Shown here piece after piece: positions 11,284 to 23,742 of a DNA stretch of 64,000 nt. The stretch lies in assembly GCF_964194025.1 (NCBI RefSeq), contig NC_134471.1, positions 81,406,001 through 81,470,000 on the forward strand, in the 5' to 3' direction. This DNA comes from Convolutriloba macropyga (taxonomy: Eukaryota). A program made the translations under genes and the position numbers. How positions within the stretch are numbered: the stretch's first letter is position 1; each line of letters begins with the position of its first letter. The notes under the pieces were generated by a model. The model searched no databases, was not told where the DNA came from, and saw only the letters and a list, made by a program, of their open reading frames with translations.

Positions 11284-12981
11284 TTAATCGCTGTCGTCAT
11301 CTGAATCCAATTTAATGATATCACCACTAGACATAAATGCCCTTTTGCATGTTTTACTTTGAGCGCTGGCAGCGTTGTCAGTGGAAGAAACATTCACCTC
11401 AACAGCTGGTAAAAAGTACAAATTTACTACACGATCGTTTCGAAACCAACATTTAGTTTGGTAATGTTTAATCTCTAACTCATCTGTCCAATATACTCTA
11501 CCTTCCACTTCAGAGTTGAAGTTGCCTCGGACACCCCCTTTTAAACGGATGAGAGTGATCGATTTCATTTTAACTGACCACAATAAAATGTAAGTGTAAA
11601 GTGGGTACGCGTTCTCGTAAAAACTGAAACTGTCTATAAAATGGATAGAGTTGCAGCCATGGACTGATTGGGGAATTTGAGTCAGTATCTTTGTCATGGG
11701 ATTGACAACAGTGATCAGCATGGTTCCCTCATCCAATAAGACGCAAGCTTCTGAAAAGAATACATTAGGAAGTATACAGTTTTCTATATAAAACACTTTT
11801 GGCTTGGTTTTGAATTCGATTTTAAAATTGTCATTTTGAGTACTTTTAACATGTCCATTTTCCCAGTAAATCCATTCTAATTTTGGGCTGCTGTACCCAC
11901 GAAAGTATGGATGCAATAATTCTCGCCCAGCTGGAATCTCACACCTTGTAATGCATTTCTTTTTAAAATTTGCCTCCAAAATGCTATCGTCAGACATAAA
12001 TAGGATTATCCTCTCCCAGCTCGCTGCTTTAATTGACTCAATAGAAGACGACAATTTACTTTCCTTGATTGTACCCACTAATTCGAATTCATATTCTGTC
12101 TTTTTATTATCTATTGAATGTCTGGTCAATTCTAATGAATCATTTTTCATAACAACTACATACAATTCTCCTTCGCACGTGTCTGTAAACGTTTTCTGTT
12201 CAGCCTCCACATCAGTAGCAATACAACTTAAATTTAATCCCAAACAATCAAACCAATTATTGCTCAGCTTCATAACCAAACCCTGCATACAGCAATCTTC
12301 TGAAAGTGAACTTTCGCCGCCTAATTTTCCCATCAGATTGTCTTCGTTCGGCGGGTTTTCAATGTATTTCCATTTATGGACTAAGTTTTGACAGCTCAAA
12401 CTTAGCAGACCACGCAGTTCATTTTGTTTCTCAAGAATGGATTCGACGGCAATCTCTGATTTTTCGTCTGCGTCATCTAACTCGCTCAATAAATTCTTTT
12501 GCGTTTTTTCGAAAGCCTTGATTGCTTTTTCCAGTTTTTCGCGATTGGCTTTGGTTGTCTCCAAAACCAGCTCTTTCTGTTTTCTGGCCGGTTTTTCCAT
12601 ATTCTCAAACTTGGTCAGTTGTTCGAAGACGTTCATGCGAATTTCTTTTGCTCTTTCTTCAATTTGAGCCAATTTGTGAGAGTTATGTTCTTCTCTCATG
12701 CATTTTAAACACAAAAGAGAATCACAATCGCAGCAATAATCATTCAGCAACATTTTATGTTGGTGGCAGATCAAAACTGGTTGAGAAACGCTGTCCAATA
12801 TTTTGTGACCTTTTTTGCAATGTGAAAGTATGCAAGTGTCGCAATAACAGTGGTCAGTGCTTGATTGGTTGTCGCTGTTTGTGTCCTGTTCCATCTGACA
12901 AGTTTCACACTTGAAAATAGACTCTTCGGGGTAACTTTCCTTGCAGTCACAGCAAGAATACCTTCCAGACTCGCACGACAT
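11284..12981 (-). CDS. Intronless RING-less TRIM-like protein (B-box1, B-box2, coiled coil, probable beta-rich C-terminal domain), ~565 aa
   Basis: Long clean ORF, first ATG at 12981. CxxC..CxxC..CxxCxxxHxxxxH (B-box1), CHQH..YCCDCDSLLCLKCMREEHNSH (B-box2), then a charged helical region. Confidence 0.85.
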   Translation of the reverse strand: MSCESGRYSCCDCKESYPEESIFKCETCQMEQDTNSDNQSSTDHCYCDTCILSHCKKGHKILDSVSQPVLICHQHKMLLNDYCCDCDSLLCLKCMREEHNSHKLAQIEERAKEIRMNVFEQLTKFENMEKPARKQKELVLETTKANREKLEKAIKAFEKTQKNLLSELDDADEKSEIAVESILEKQNELRGLLSLSCQNLVHKWKYIENPPNEDNLMGKLGGESSLSEDCCMQGLVMKLSNNWFDCLGLNLSCIATDVEAEQKTFTDTCEGELYVVVMKNDSLELTRHSIDNKKTEYEFELVGTIKESKLSSSIESIKAASWERIILFMSDDSILEANFKKKCITRCEIPAGRELLHPYFRGYSSPKLEWIYWENGHVKSTQNDNFKIEFKTKPKVFYIENCILPNVFFSEACVLLDEGTMLITVVNPMTKILTQIPQSVHGCNSIHFIDSFSFYENAYPLYTYILLWSVKMKSITLIRLKGGVRGNFNSEVEGRVYWTDELEIKHYQTKCWFRNDRVVNLYFLPAVEVNVSSTDNAASAQSKTCKRAFMSSGDIIKLDSDDDSD

Positions 12982-14086
12982 GCTGATAAATAACAACTTC
13001 CTCAATATGAAATTCAGCAAATGCAGGGGCGGTTTGTCCAATTTTTTGTACTTTTAGCTTTTCGATTCTCCGTCTAATGAAGATACTGTTTAATGTAGAA
13101 GTCAGACAACGATTTTGTACACAACAACAATAATAATAAAATTAAAGCCGTGAAAATACAAGTGGTCGTAGAATCGAAGCATGCGCAAGATATCTTAGTT
13201 CAAAATTTGTTTAGTTTTGTGATTTTAAATAAAAAACGTTTTGGCTGTTGTAAATAATAGTGAATAGAAGAAAACATGCATTAATACCGTTTAATAGTTT
13301 TAAACATTTGAACATTAACATCCGAAAAAATTTTATAAACGTATATTAGTAATGTGCTATTGCATTAGCAAATGATCATTTTGTTATCAGTTTATGTACT
13401 CTTAGTTCAAATCAGAAGTTGAAAACTAACCGATAAGTACAGATATTTTTTATTTTGTAATGCCACAAGATACACAAGTTGAATTTACTTTTCAGAAAAA
13501 ATTGATGTATGTAGACTAATGCCTAAACAACTCAGAAGTTGTAGTATCAATAACAAAACTGAATCAATCTTGCATTGAAAAAACAATTGAATTCAAAATC
13601 GATTAATTGCCATTCTTAATGAATAAATGTTATCATTGAGGCCAATTTTTTACTGCAAACTGGGACCAATTTAACTATTTAATTTCCTCTCACTTGACTT
13701 GGAATTACAGGAAAAATAGAGTAGAATCGTTAAAAAAACTTTTAGAGTGGTTTAAATTATGCTATGAGAAACACACAAAAAGCTATTAAATCAAATTAAA
13801 TCAAAATTTGTTAAGTTTCTCAACCGGGAATGGTTTTCCTAATAAAAACCAGAAAGAACTGTGCAAGCCGTTAGTCTTTAGATCAAGTTAACATTTAATG
13901 CATTTTAAAAATAGCATGTTTTCCATCAGTTTCAGCCCATCCATTCTAAGAAATACCTTCAAAACAGCAATTCTACCAGCTCAAAGTTTGCGCATATGCA
14001 GAATAAGAAGAGCTGCATCTAAAGGTTGAAGAGTTGCATGCGATTTTCTTTTTTTCACTGCGCCCGTTCAGATCTAATTCTTAGCT

Positions 14087-14179
14087 CACACACACACGCA
14101 CATACACACATACACACAGACACACACAGACACACACACACACACTCTCTCTCTCTCACGCACACACACACGCGCGCGC
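14087..14179. repeat. (CA)n/(CT)n compound microsatellite
   Basis: Direct reading. Confidence 0.9.
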
Positions 14180-16604
14180 AAACATACAAACAAAACTCAT
14201 ATCACATAATAATTGCAGAGGTACATGCAAACACATACCCACACAAGCAAGCACATATAAATAGCAACCCATGCAATTTCACACATGCAGCCAGTGAACC
14301 GAATTAAACTTGATATGCTTTGATAAGAGCAAAAAAAACATGGGTAATCCTGCCAAGATCTTGACATGTTGTTTACTTAGAATGTTTTGACTCATTGTGC
14401 ACTTGTTCACTCAGTTTACAAAGTATATTAAGCAGTGCAACAAAAGTTAAGGAAATGGGCCAATGTTCTTATTTTGAGCTCTGTCTAAATTGCAATGAAT
14501 ATTGATGTATAAATAGTTTGATTGCTTCTAAATTATTTTTTATACCAAAGTTCTGATTATTTGACACCGCCCTTTTTATCTATGTTGTTTGATGCATCAT
14601 TTTGTTCCATGAAAATGAAAACAAGGATTTGTTCAACGAAACATGATTTTGACTACTGTTAACCAATAGCTTTTAAAGAATTACTCGCTGAAATATGGCA
14701 GAACTAATTTAGACCAAATAGTTCTCAATAAGCAACGAACAGAAAAACAATGATTGGATTCATTTTTAGTATCCGCTAAAATATTCAACTAAAGTTGCAA
14801 TTGTCAAAAATGCAATCGAAATTGCAATTTTGTTCTAAAATCTGGTAAAAAATTTTTCAAACATTTGAGGGAAAACAGTCTGAGGAACTTAGAAAAAGCT
14901 GTAGAGTGTTTGCAATAAAACTGTTTCTCAAGTACGTGGTACGGTATTGAAATAAACTTCAGTTCCTTTTTAGTCAATCAAAAGTGATCAAAATCTGTTC
15001 AGTAGGGATTTGCTTGACGAAACATTCATACATTTGCATTTACATTATAATTCCCCTCAGCTCAAAAAATTCCATCAACCAATTTTCAATGAAAAATTTT
15101 AAAGCAAAAAATTCCAGATCTCATTTAAAGGACAGGACATTCTAACTTTCATGTAGCAAAATCAAAATTTCATAAAATATTTTAATAAAAAATCAGAAAA
15201 GTTGGCCTGTTACTATTAATCTGCATGGAAAGTTATCAGTTGAGATAGGAAACTTAATTCATTAGGGTGAAATTTTAAAATTGTCCAGCTGTTTTGATCA
15301 CAATTTTTTTCACTGATCTGGATCACTATCTAAGGAGGTTATTTTGCATAGCTTGCATCAGACTATGAAGTATCGAACAAATTAAATCAAAAAATCGAAT
15401 GCCAAAACACAAAATATATAGGCTTATCAATTCGTCCATTCGATATCTTAAAAAAACATCTACCAGCAACGCAAAATCCTTTCTATTTATTTACCCAGGG
15501 CATTAAATATGTGGCCATCAAATTTCTGTTCAATAATGTAATTTTAACAATCTTTGTGGACACAAAAATTGCATTTGCAGACTAAAAACGTGGTATTAAC
15601 CCATATACTGTTTTCTTGACGATAGTTTGATTGTCAGCCATGCAAAAATAGAAGATCTCGATACATTTCCGAATGTAACAAAACTTAGACAATGAAAACC
15701 TGAACATTATTCTACCATAATGTCTTTCTGCAAAGTCTGAAACAGTATTGCTCAGTTAGAAAAACAAACTCACAAACGGGAGTTTTGTCGGTCCAACAGA
15801 TAACACCTTCTATTCTACCCAACGCACCACCAAAATTATTTTAAAAGTTACGCTCATTTCTAAGCTTAGTATATCATCTTAGCAAATTTATGCCCAACCT
15901 AGCACAATTACGTCACCCAATGAGACCACTACCCAACAAGAACACAATGTTTAAACAGACACGTAAAAATCATATTCATTTTAACGAAATTGAAGATAAA
16001 ACCGCTACAGCAACTGATAAATAAAGTATTATATCAAGGACAGTATTATGAGCTTTTTAAAAAAAAATTAACGGTTGACAGTTGGAAACAAATTGCATTC
16101 AACTCTGGTTTAATTAAGTCTAATCTCGTTCCTCAATGACAACTGAGGAACGATTAGGCATCAATGTATCAAAACGACTCGGTGTTATCAGATCCATTGA
16201 GTATTTTAGGTATTAGGTATCAAATATTGAATATTTTGAATTTCTGTCATAAAAGATCACCTTACATTATAATCAAATCTTGAAGAACAACCTTCAAATA
16301 AATCTTATAATAGTTGATTAAAACTCAAGAGCTCAACTGTTTTGGTAGATATTTTTCAAGTAAGCCATATAAAATTGTTAAAAGTAACTTTGAAATATGA
16401 TGATTAACTGGTTGTCGCAGCAATATAAAAAACTTGCACCTCGCCGAACAATATTGATAAACCTGATTCACAATTGCATCACAGTATCGAACTCATTTTT
16501 TCCACACATGCAGTCGCTCCGCAAAGCGCAACAAAATACAAATGCACTCGCACAGCAATTACCAGTGTTAACATTGAAAACTACACATGCACCCGAAGTA
16601 ATGG

Positions 16605-16860
16605 TTAAATGACTGTGCTTGAAGTCACTGAAAACTTCTGGCATTTATCGAGAACCGCGAAGCGGTTCGAAATATTAAGTCAAAACTTCGAACTGACTTC
16701 TGCCGAGTGACTTAACCATGCTTAAAACACGAAACGCGCACGTTTTAAAATGACGAAAGTCAACGAAATTCAACTTCTGGCTAAGTAGCAACTTCGGGCA
16801 TTTTAACTTCTGGCACTGCATACTTTCGGCATTTTTAAATGTGCACCTGAGTGTTTTGAT
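16605..16860 (+). mobile_element. Dispersed repeat with GC hairpin (tcgagaaccgcgaagcggttcga); second copy at ~5720-5775 plus 7197-7400 is split by an insertion
   Basis: Shared blocks tgcttgaagtca..tttatcgaga and gacttctgc.gagt.acttaaccatgcttaaaacacgaaa.gcgcacgttttaaaatgacgaaagtcaa. Confidence 0.7.
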
Positions 16861-18973
16861 TAGTAAATACAAAGCGTTTCTATTCTATAGCAACCATTGA
16901 TCACCAGACATTTGCACCTCAAAGCACAAACAATCTCCAATAACGAGCCAATCACCAGGCGCTAGTGAAAATGGCGGACGTACCAAAATATAGAAAATTT
17001 ATTGCTGGCCAATCACAATTGAGAAAATGAGAATACTGTTTTCTGATTGGCTGATTGCTCAACAAAAATGTTAACGTAGAATTGATCAGAAATCACGATA
17101 AGCTGAAAGAGAAAAATTTTTTTGTTTCGGTGGGAAACTGGTATCACATTTGGTTGTGATAGATTCATAACAAGTCCCACGGGCCGCTATGGCATGGCCA
17201 GATGCCGTAAAAATATATTCTAGAATTAGACTATGTCCAATTTAGGCTAATTGAACGCATAACGGTACAGTGTTTTAAATTTCTCAACCAATCGCATTCG
17301 TTGAAAATTCTACATTTTGGTACGTCTATTTGTTAAGACGTCACCCAATCACCATATCGAATATGTTAAAAGAGTCGTTCCTCAAAGATATCCAGGGGAC
17401 TGACCCAGCAGCTGGGACAAGATCTGATGTCGCATTTTGGTCGCATATGTATCGCGGTATACATGTAAGTTCACAAGAAAGTTTCCCTTGATCCGCGATT
17501 CACCTGAAATCAGTCATTCCAGCGTTGCAATTAAAACCTTTAAAGTTGTGGTCCCCGTTCCACAAATCGGCAGAGAAATTCCACGTAGCAAACTCTTAAC
17601 TTCAATCATAGACAGGGAAAACAAATCCTTCATCACGAAACACAAACACGGAAAAAAGGGACCGTGAAAAGAAAGTGAAGCACGACGAAGGCAATATTCG
17701 AACAGACCCAGTATAGCTCGCGCAATGCGACGTGCATTCTCAAAGTGATATCTTCCCAGAGTTGATTAGACAAAATGCTCAAATTTGAGAACTGCCAGAA
17801 ATCGAAGTTTACAACTTTTCTGTTACTCGTCCAGCGAACAGGGACCTGCACTACTAAACCAGTGTTTACCCAGTGAAACGAAACTTGATAGCCATGACAA
17901 GAAATATGATAAAACATGGAAAATCTTGCCAAGATCTTGCCATGTTACATGACAAGAAAACATCAAGACATTACTTATCTACAAACTTTTATGATCTTTG
18001 CATGGCTATCAAGAAACAAGATCTTGGCAAGATTTCCAAGAAAGACTAACCATGACATGGCAAGATATACCAAGTTGTAAAAATTAAAAAGCACCTTCAA
18101 ACAAGATTTAGCACGAATTCATAAGATTAAGCACAATTTATCAAGATTTATCAAGAATTATCAAGAATTGTCAGAAAATTCAGCTCCCGTTAGTTTATCC
18201 TCACTTCAATCAAAATGGTATCAGGAATAGTCTTTCACTTTTTTTTCTGGTTCTGATGGATTCTCTTTTGATGATTCGGCACCGTCTTGCCTAACCTTCA
18301 TAGAGGAACTGCTAATACTATGTTTCATTGTTCCTCCAGCCTCGCCGAAAAACCTCCGCATGCAGCATTTGCACGACCCCCCTCCTCTAATAGATTCACC
18401 TGGCGAACGCATCATGATGCTTCTGGAAGCTTAAAAAGCGGAACAAGAATTTTATCAATATTTCTGTAACAGTCAAAACTGAAAAAAAATTAATCCATCT
18501 CTTATGTTATAAATTTAGTAAGAGTCTATTATTAATTCATTTTCTGTTCACCAAAAGTGACCTATAATTTACATGGGTAAATTTCATTTGCATTATTTTC
18601 CTGTGTCTCATAAATGAGTTCTATACTTTGTTCATACATTTTGTTCAACATGAATAATTCTCTTCATTTTACAACCCTTGGTTTAATAAAAGNNNNNNNN
18701 NNNNNNNNNNNNNNNNNNNNNNNNNNNNNNNNNNNNNNNNNNNNNNNNNNNNNNNNNNNNNNNNNNNNNNNNNNNNNNNNNNNNNNNNNNNNNNNNNNNN
18801 NNNNNNNNNNNNNNNNNNNNNNNNNNNNNNNNNNNNNNNNNNNNNNNNNNNNNNNNNNNNNNNNNNNNNNNNNNNNNNNNNNNNNNNNNNNNNNNNNNNN
18901 NNNNNNNNNNNNNNNNNNNNNNNNNNNNNNNNNNNNNNNNNNNNNNNNNNNNNNNNNNNNNNNNNNNNNNNNC

Positions 18974-19772
18974 ACAAGTAACCACGCGGAAGTTCGAATG
19001 AAATATGAAGCAAACCTTGTGGGCGGGAGTTAAGCTGAGCATGTTATTTTTTATGAAGTAACTTTTACTCAAAGTCAGACTGTCCATTGTAAATTGTGGC
19101 ATTAACAGAGTACTGGCCATCGCAAGAAAACTGAATTTTTCTGGACTGATTCAGCGCTGATTTTCTCTCTGCCTCCAACCTCTGGAAAAACATTACCAGG
19201 ATAGAAACAAAGCTTAGTTAGAGGAAAACAAACTAAAATCATTCGAGGGAAATCGCGTAATTCGTGGAGCTGAACGGATCATGAAAAGAAAACAGAGCTC
19301 CACAGGAATCCAGGTTTTAACGCACCAAGATGAAGCACTTTTCAACTCTAATCAAACGAAAAATGGTAGAAAATCTGTGCTCCTCTTCGAGTAAAACTTA
19401 GCCGCCTTTAATTTCATAGCAAAATCCACCGCAAAATCAGCACAAGAAACTGCTTCGCCACTATAAAACATTAATTTTCCACAATCGTTACCACTTTACA
19501 TATTAAGTTTAATTTAGAATTGAGTTGGTATTGTTATCAGTCTGATCCAATAGAAAAAATCCATGATTATCATTCGGACGTTGGTGGCAGAGCAAATCAG
19601 CGCTGAATCAGTCTAGAGACAGTCTGTTTTTTAGGACGGCCACTGCTCTGTTCATGTCACAATTTACAAAGGCCAGCCTGATTTTTGGGTAAAATTTTCG
19701 TCATATGTTCTGCTTAACTCCCGCCAACAAGGTTTGCTTTTTATGCGATTTGAACGTCCGCGTGGTTATTTG
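18974..19772. mobile_element. ~800-bp foldback/MITE with ~190-bp imperfect terminal inverted repeats
   Basis: acaagtaaccacgcggaagttc..gcaaaccttgt..gggagttaagc..gactgattcagcgctgattt is mirrored by aaatcagcgctgaatcagtc..gcttaactcccgccaacaaggtttgc..ccgcgtggttatttgt. Confidence 0.75.
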
Positions 19773-20841
19773 TTAACATTTAATTTACGTAGCAAGCCGT
19801 AACCCCTAAGCTAAATGGGCTGTGTGGTAATTGTCTAAAAACTAGCTTAAGTATAAATAGTGTGTATCCTACTATAGTAATTACCAGTTATAAGCTACAA
19901 AAGTATGACGTTATTCTGCTCAGACTTCATTTTGGGGTTTGAGTAATTTTCAGACTATACAGGATAATTTTAGCCCGTGTGAAGTCTATGACCTCAAGAT
20001 AATCATAATGAATACTGCACATAAAGATGCTTGAAATATTCTGGAGATACAATGTTTCAGAACTGAATTAAGTTTTTACTATTAAAATGTGCTGATTCAG
20101 CGCTGAAAAACTCTGCGACTCAAGTCCGGGTAAATAAAGAAAAAAATTCAGCGGTACAGTAAATTCACTCTCTCAATTACAAAGTTGCTATACAATTTTC
20201 AACACCAATTACTACTATCAATCAAATAAATCGATTTTTTTAATAATCTGGAATTTTTCTCAAATTATTAATCTATCCTTTAATTATACAACTTAAAGCA
20301 GCATAGTTTGCAAAAAGCTATAGGTTTTGATTAGTAGGAGCATTTTATTAAATATGTTAGTAGAATCAAACTAGACATCAATTTAAAAATTAGTTGTCGA
20401 TTTTTTTATTTTGTTCGTCTATTTTTATCTCTTCTGTTTGAACTTCTGTTTGAAAGGGCTGCAATGGTTGCATGATTTCTATATTTATGAGTTCAATCAG
20501 TTCTTTAAATGAAACTCTAAATTTTATCATTCAACTTCAAGTCTATTTCTCTTTAACTTTATGTTTCTTCCATGACAATTTTTTAAATCAAACTTTTCCT
20601 CAAACATCTACCCAAAGTAGTAAAAAGTAAAATTTTTTTATATTTTGAAAGTTTCAGCCAACTTTTCAGTTAAAAATAGACAAACATATTTGATATAATC
20701 ATTCTATTTGATATATCTCTCAACGTGATAATCAGTTTTTTTCATTCCGTGTCTAGTTCGTGTTCTTTCTTTCAAATTCATTCCATTCATTCCATAAAGC
20801 CGGTGTTGTTTACAATGGTTGTAGGTTGTTTACAGTGTTGT

Positions 20842-21007
20842 TTACAATGGTTGTTGTGGTTCAGGAGGTGGTTTGTAGTCTTGGTTGAGTAACACTCTCT
20901 CCATATAACATAAAGTGGGTCTTCCTTCCATGTAAGTTGAGTAGAAATCATCTTGAAACACCTCCACTTTCACTTCTCTCTTTCCACCCTCACACATCAA
21001 CTGGAAT
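20842..21007 (-). CDS. Uncharacterised secreted protein, exon 6 (terminal)
   Basis: gtgatag|A TTC CAG ... TTG TAA; phase-2 acceptor completes the AG|A Arg codon from exon 5; FQLMCEGGKREVKVEVF...PPPEPQQPL*. Confidence 0.75.
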
Positions 21008-21269
21008 CTATCACACAACACAACACACAACACAACACATAATCAACGTCGGATTTTTTCTGTTTGTGTGAGGAAAACAGAAAAATGTTTGCCCCCCCCC
21101 CAAGTCCATGCGTCTGAGGGTTGCAGATAATATGCACCCTTTAAGCTGGAGAGGGGGGTACAAGCAGAAAAGATCCTGAAAGAGAATAGATCAGGAAAGG
21201 GAACTGTTCCAAACTGATAAGTTGAACCTCATCAGTTTTATCGCCAGAGACGGCAAACCAAAAAGATGC

Positions 21270-23054
21270 TGTAGAAAGCATAAGAATAAACTCAATAGAA
21301 ATTTCATAACCAGATAGCGCTAGTTAAGTCAGATAATTTAGGTCAAGTTAGACAAGTTAATTAGGTGTTTGAAATAAGCGTTCTTTCGTAAAGTGTTATT
21401 GTTTTGAAGGCGCCAGAGAGGGTAGGTAGTTGAGTGATATCTCTTAAACAAACAAATTAATGAACAAATGCATATTGAGCTGTCGATATATTTTGATTAA
21501 TTAGCAAAGTTGTATTTGAGCATCAGGCCAAAGTCGAAATGAGAATTTAAATTTAGATGAAAACTGCAGAGCGATGATTTGAAGTGAACTAGATATTTTG
21601 ATCAAAATTGGAATTTCAATTTGAACCAAATTAAAGTGTGTTTTGGAATTTGCAAAATTATTGGCAACTCCAAACTTGTTACCCTCGACTTTTTAAGTTA
21701 TATTCATCATTGGAATCTAAAAATTTTTGGGGATGCTCCCCTGATTGTCCATACATAATAGGGATGCGCGGCAGGTTGCACCTTTTTGATCTGAGTTACT
21801 TAAGTAGAGTTTTGTTGATTTAGAGTAAATAAAAAGGCAATTTATCAGTTTTTCGAAATACCACGAAGCTGCGGAACGTAAAATTTGAATTGCTCGTGGA
21901 GTATTGGTAGTAACCCTTTGATTTTTGGAGGGTTGGCGTAACTTTACAAGGGTTTTCGATCTTCAGGGCTTTTCATTCCCAAATTCCGACCGGAAGTGCT
22001 TCGGGAGGTGCTTCGGGACGACCCGAGTGCCGAAAACCGGAAATTGGCATTTTTGAGCGGCCGAATGACTTTGAAATGGTAATAATATGACAACCTGAGA
22101 CAGTTAGTGACAAAAAATAACCAACCCGGTCAATTTTGACGAACTCGGTTTTTTCGGGTTTCGGCACCCACGAATCGTCAAAAATTTTCACATTGCAAAC
22201 GACTCGCAATGGCTGATCCGTTGGTCATGAAACTTGGCACGCAAGTTGGTGGCACCCTATAGTTACTAGAAAACTTTACCCGAAGACGTTTTGACCACTA
22301 CTTCGCAAGTTATTAAGTTCCAAAATTTGGGGGTAATCCGGGGGGTCGATGAAAAGTGTGCGCGGTCATTGCTCGTGTTCTATTAGGAGTTAGATGATAA
22401 AAATTGGTGGGTAGGTGTAACTATGGTAGGACTTTCCACGCCAATGGTTATTTATTTTTTTACCAAAGTGACCCTTCATCCTTGACGAATGACCCCTGAT
22501 TGACTCCTAGAGGTCAAATTTTGGGCTTTTACGAATATTAGACTTTTCGGCGGTTTTTAACTGGGGAATTGCATGAAATAGTTTCAAAATTGGAAATTAC
22601 AATTGGTCTTTGGTTTAGGGTTGAGTTTAGTTATTTATTCAACACGCGATTTTTGACAGGGATTGATTGCAGCTAATTAATTTTATAGCGGAAATAGAGG
22701 TATAAGAACTTTTCAGAGCAACGTTCAATGTTTACTAGGCAAACACTGATTGACATGTCAAGCACAAATATGCGATAAAGCGGAGTGGGTTTGTTTACAT
22801 ATGAGTCCAAAGGTCGTTTACTTAAGATAATGAGAAAGCTGAACAAGGGTTGGTAGCAGTTGAATGACAGATCATAATTTGATATTGGTTATTTGCATAG
22901 CAAACAAAGCCTTCCGACGGAATGTGAGAGATTGCAAGTGTAAGTTGCAATGTTTACTTAAGAGATTAAGGTTTGTTTGCTTAATATAAGAGCGTTTTGG
23001 TAGAGTATAAATTGATGTAACACACACACACACACACATACACACAGAGAGAGA

Positions 23055-23089
<35 letters not shown>

Positions 23090-23611
23090 GGTCCAAACGA
23101 TTTGATGAGACACAGTAGAAGTGGAACACAGAAGAGATTTTGGCACAAGCGAGAGATAGTAGTTGGTTTAGTGGGACTAAATTTTAGTAGCTTAGTGTGA
23201 AAAGCAGAGAGGAGACTGAACTGTGGAAGTTTGTAATTGCAAGACCAGTTGGGATACTGTGAGCTGTTTTGATTTAGTTCATTTGGGAAATGAACCACGG
23301 AAATTTGTATTATTATTGTAATTAATATTATAAATTATCTTGAATTTGTCTTTTCCATTGATGTGCAAGTAATTCTCTTACTTTTGTTATCCATATAACT
23401 AGAATTGATATTAAGAGCCCCATTGTGAATTAAATTATTTCAAGGCAATCTATTTTGCAACAGCATACAAGAGTGGAAGAGGGGAAATTGCAGAGTAACA
23501 AAGTAACGCTTGCTTCACCAATTCAAAACCTTTGGTTTATTTTATTTGATCGATCTTCTGGGCGACAGATCCCCCTCACTGTTGGCCTAGTTAGAAATTC
23601 AGAAGACGACA
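21270..23611 (+). repeat. 5' LTR (~2.34 kb)
   Basis: Highly similar direct repeat of 25917-28717 but lacking ~490 bp; contains a (CA)n(GA)n tract. Confidence 0.92.
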
Positions 23612-23612
23612 G

Positions 23613-23629
23613 TGGCGCTCCTGGGTGGG
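23613..23629 (+). promoter_or_regulatory. Primer binding site, probably tRNA-Asn
   Basis: TGGCGCTCCTGGGTGGG, 1 nt after the LTR end; reverse complement CCCACCCAGGAGCG-CCA resembles the 3' end of animal tRNA-Asn. Confidence 0.7.
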
Positions 23630-23742
23630 TTTCATTTCTTTGTTACTTTTTGCTGTGGATTATTTTCTGATTATTTGAAGAGCGTGCAATATTCGTTGGA
23701 GATACTGCTGAGAGCACACCGAAAGTTGACTACATTTGTGAT

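Noticed and set aside
11951-12914. Several plus-strand ORFs
   Set aside because: Antisense shadows of the TRIM-like gene
17400-18470. GC-richer segments with short ORFs
   Set aside because: No consistent frame or recognisable motif; flanked by caagat-type degenerate repeats
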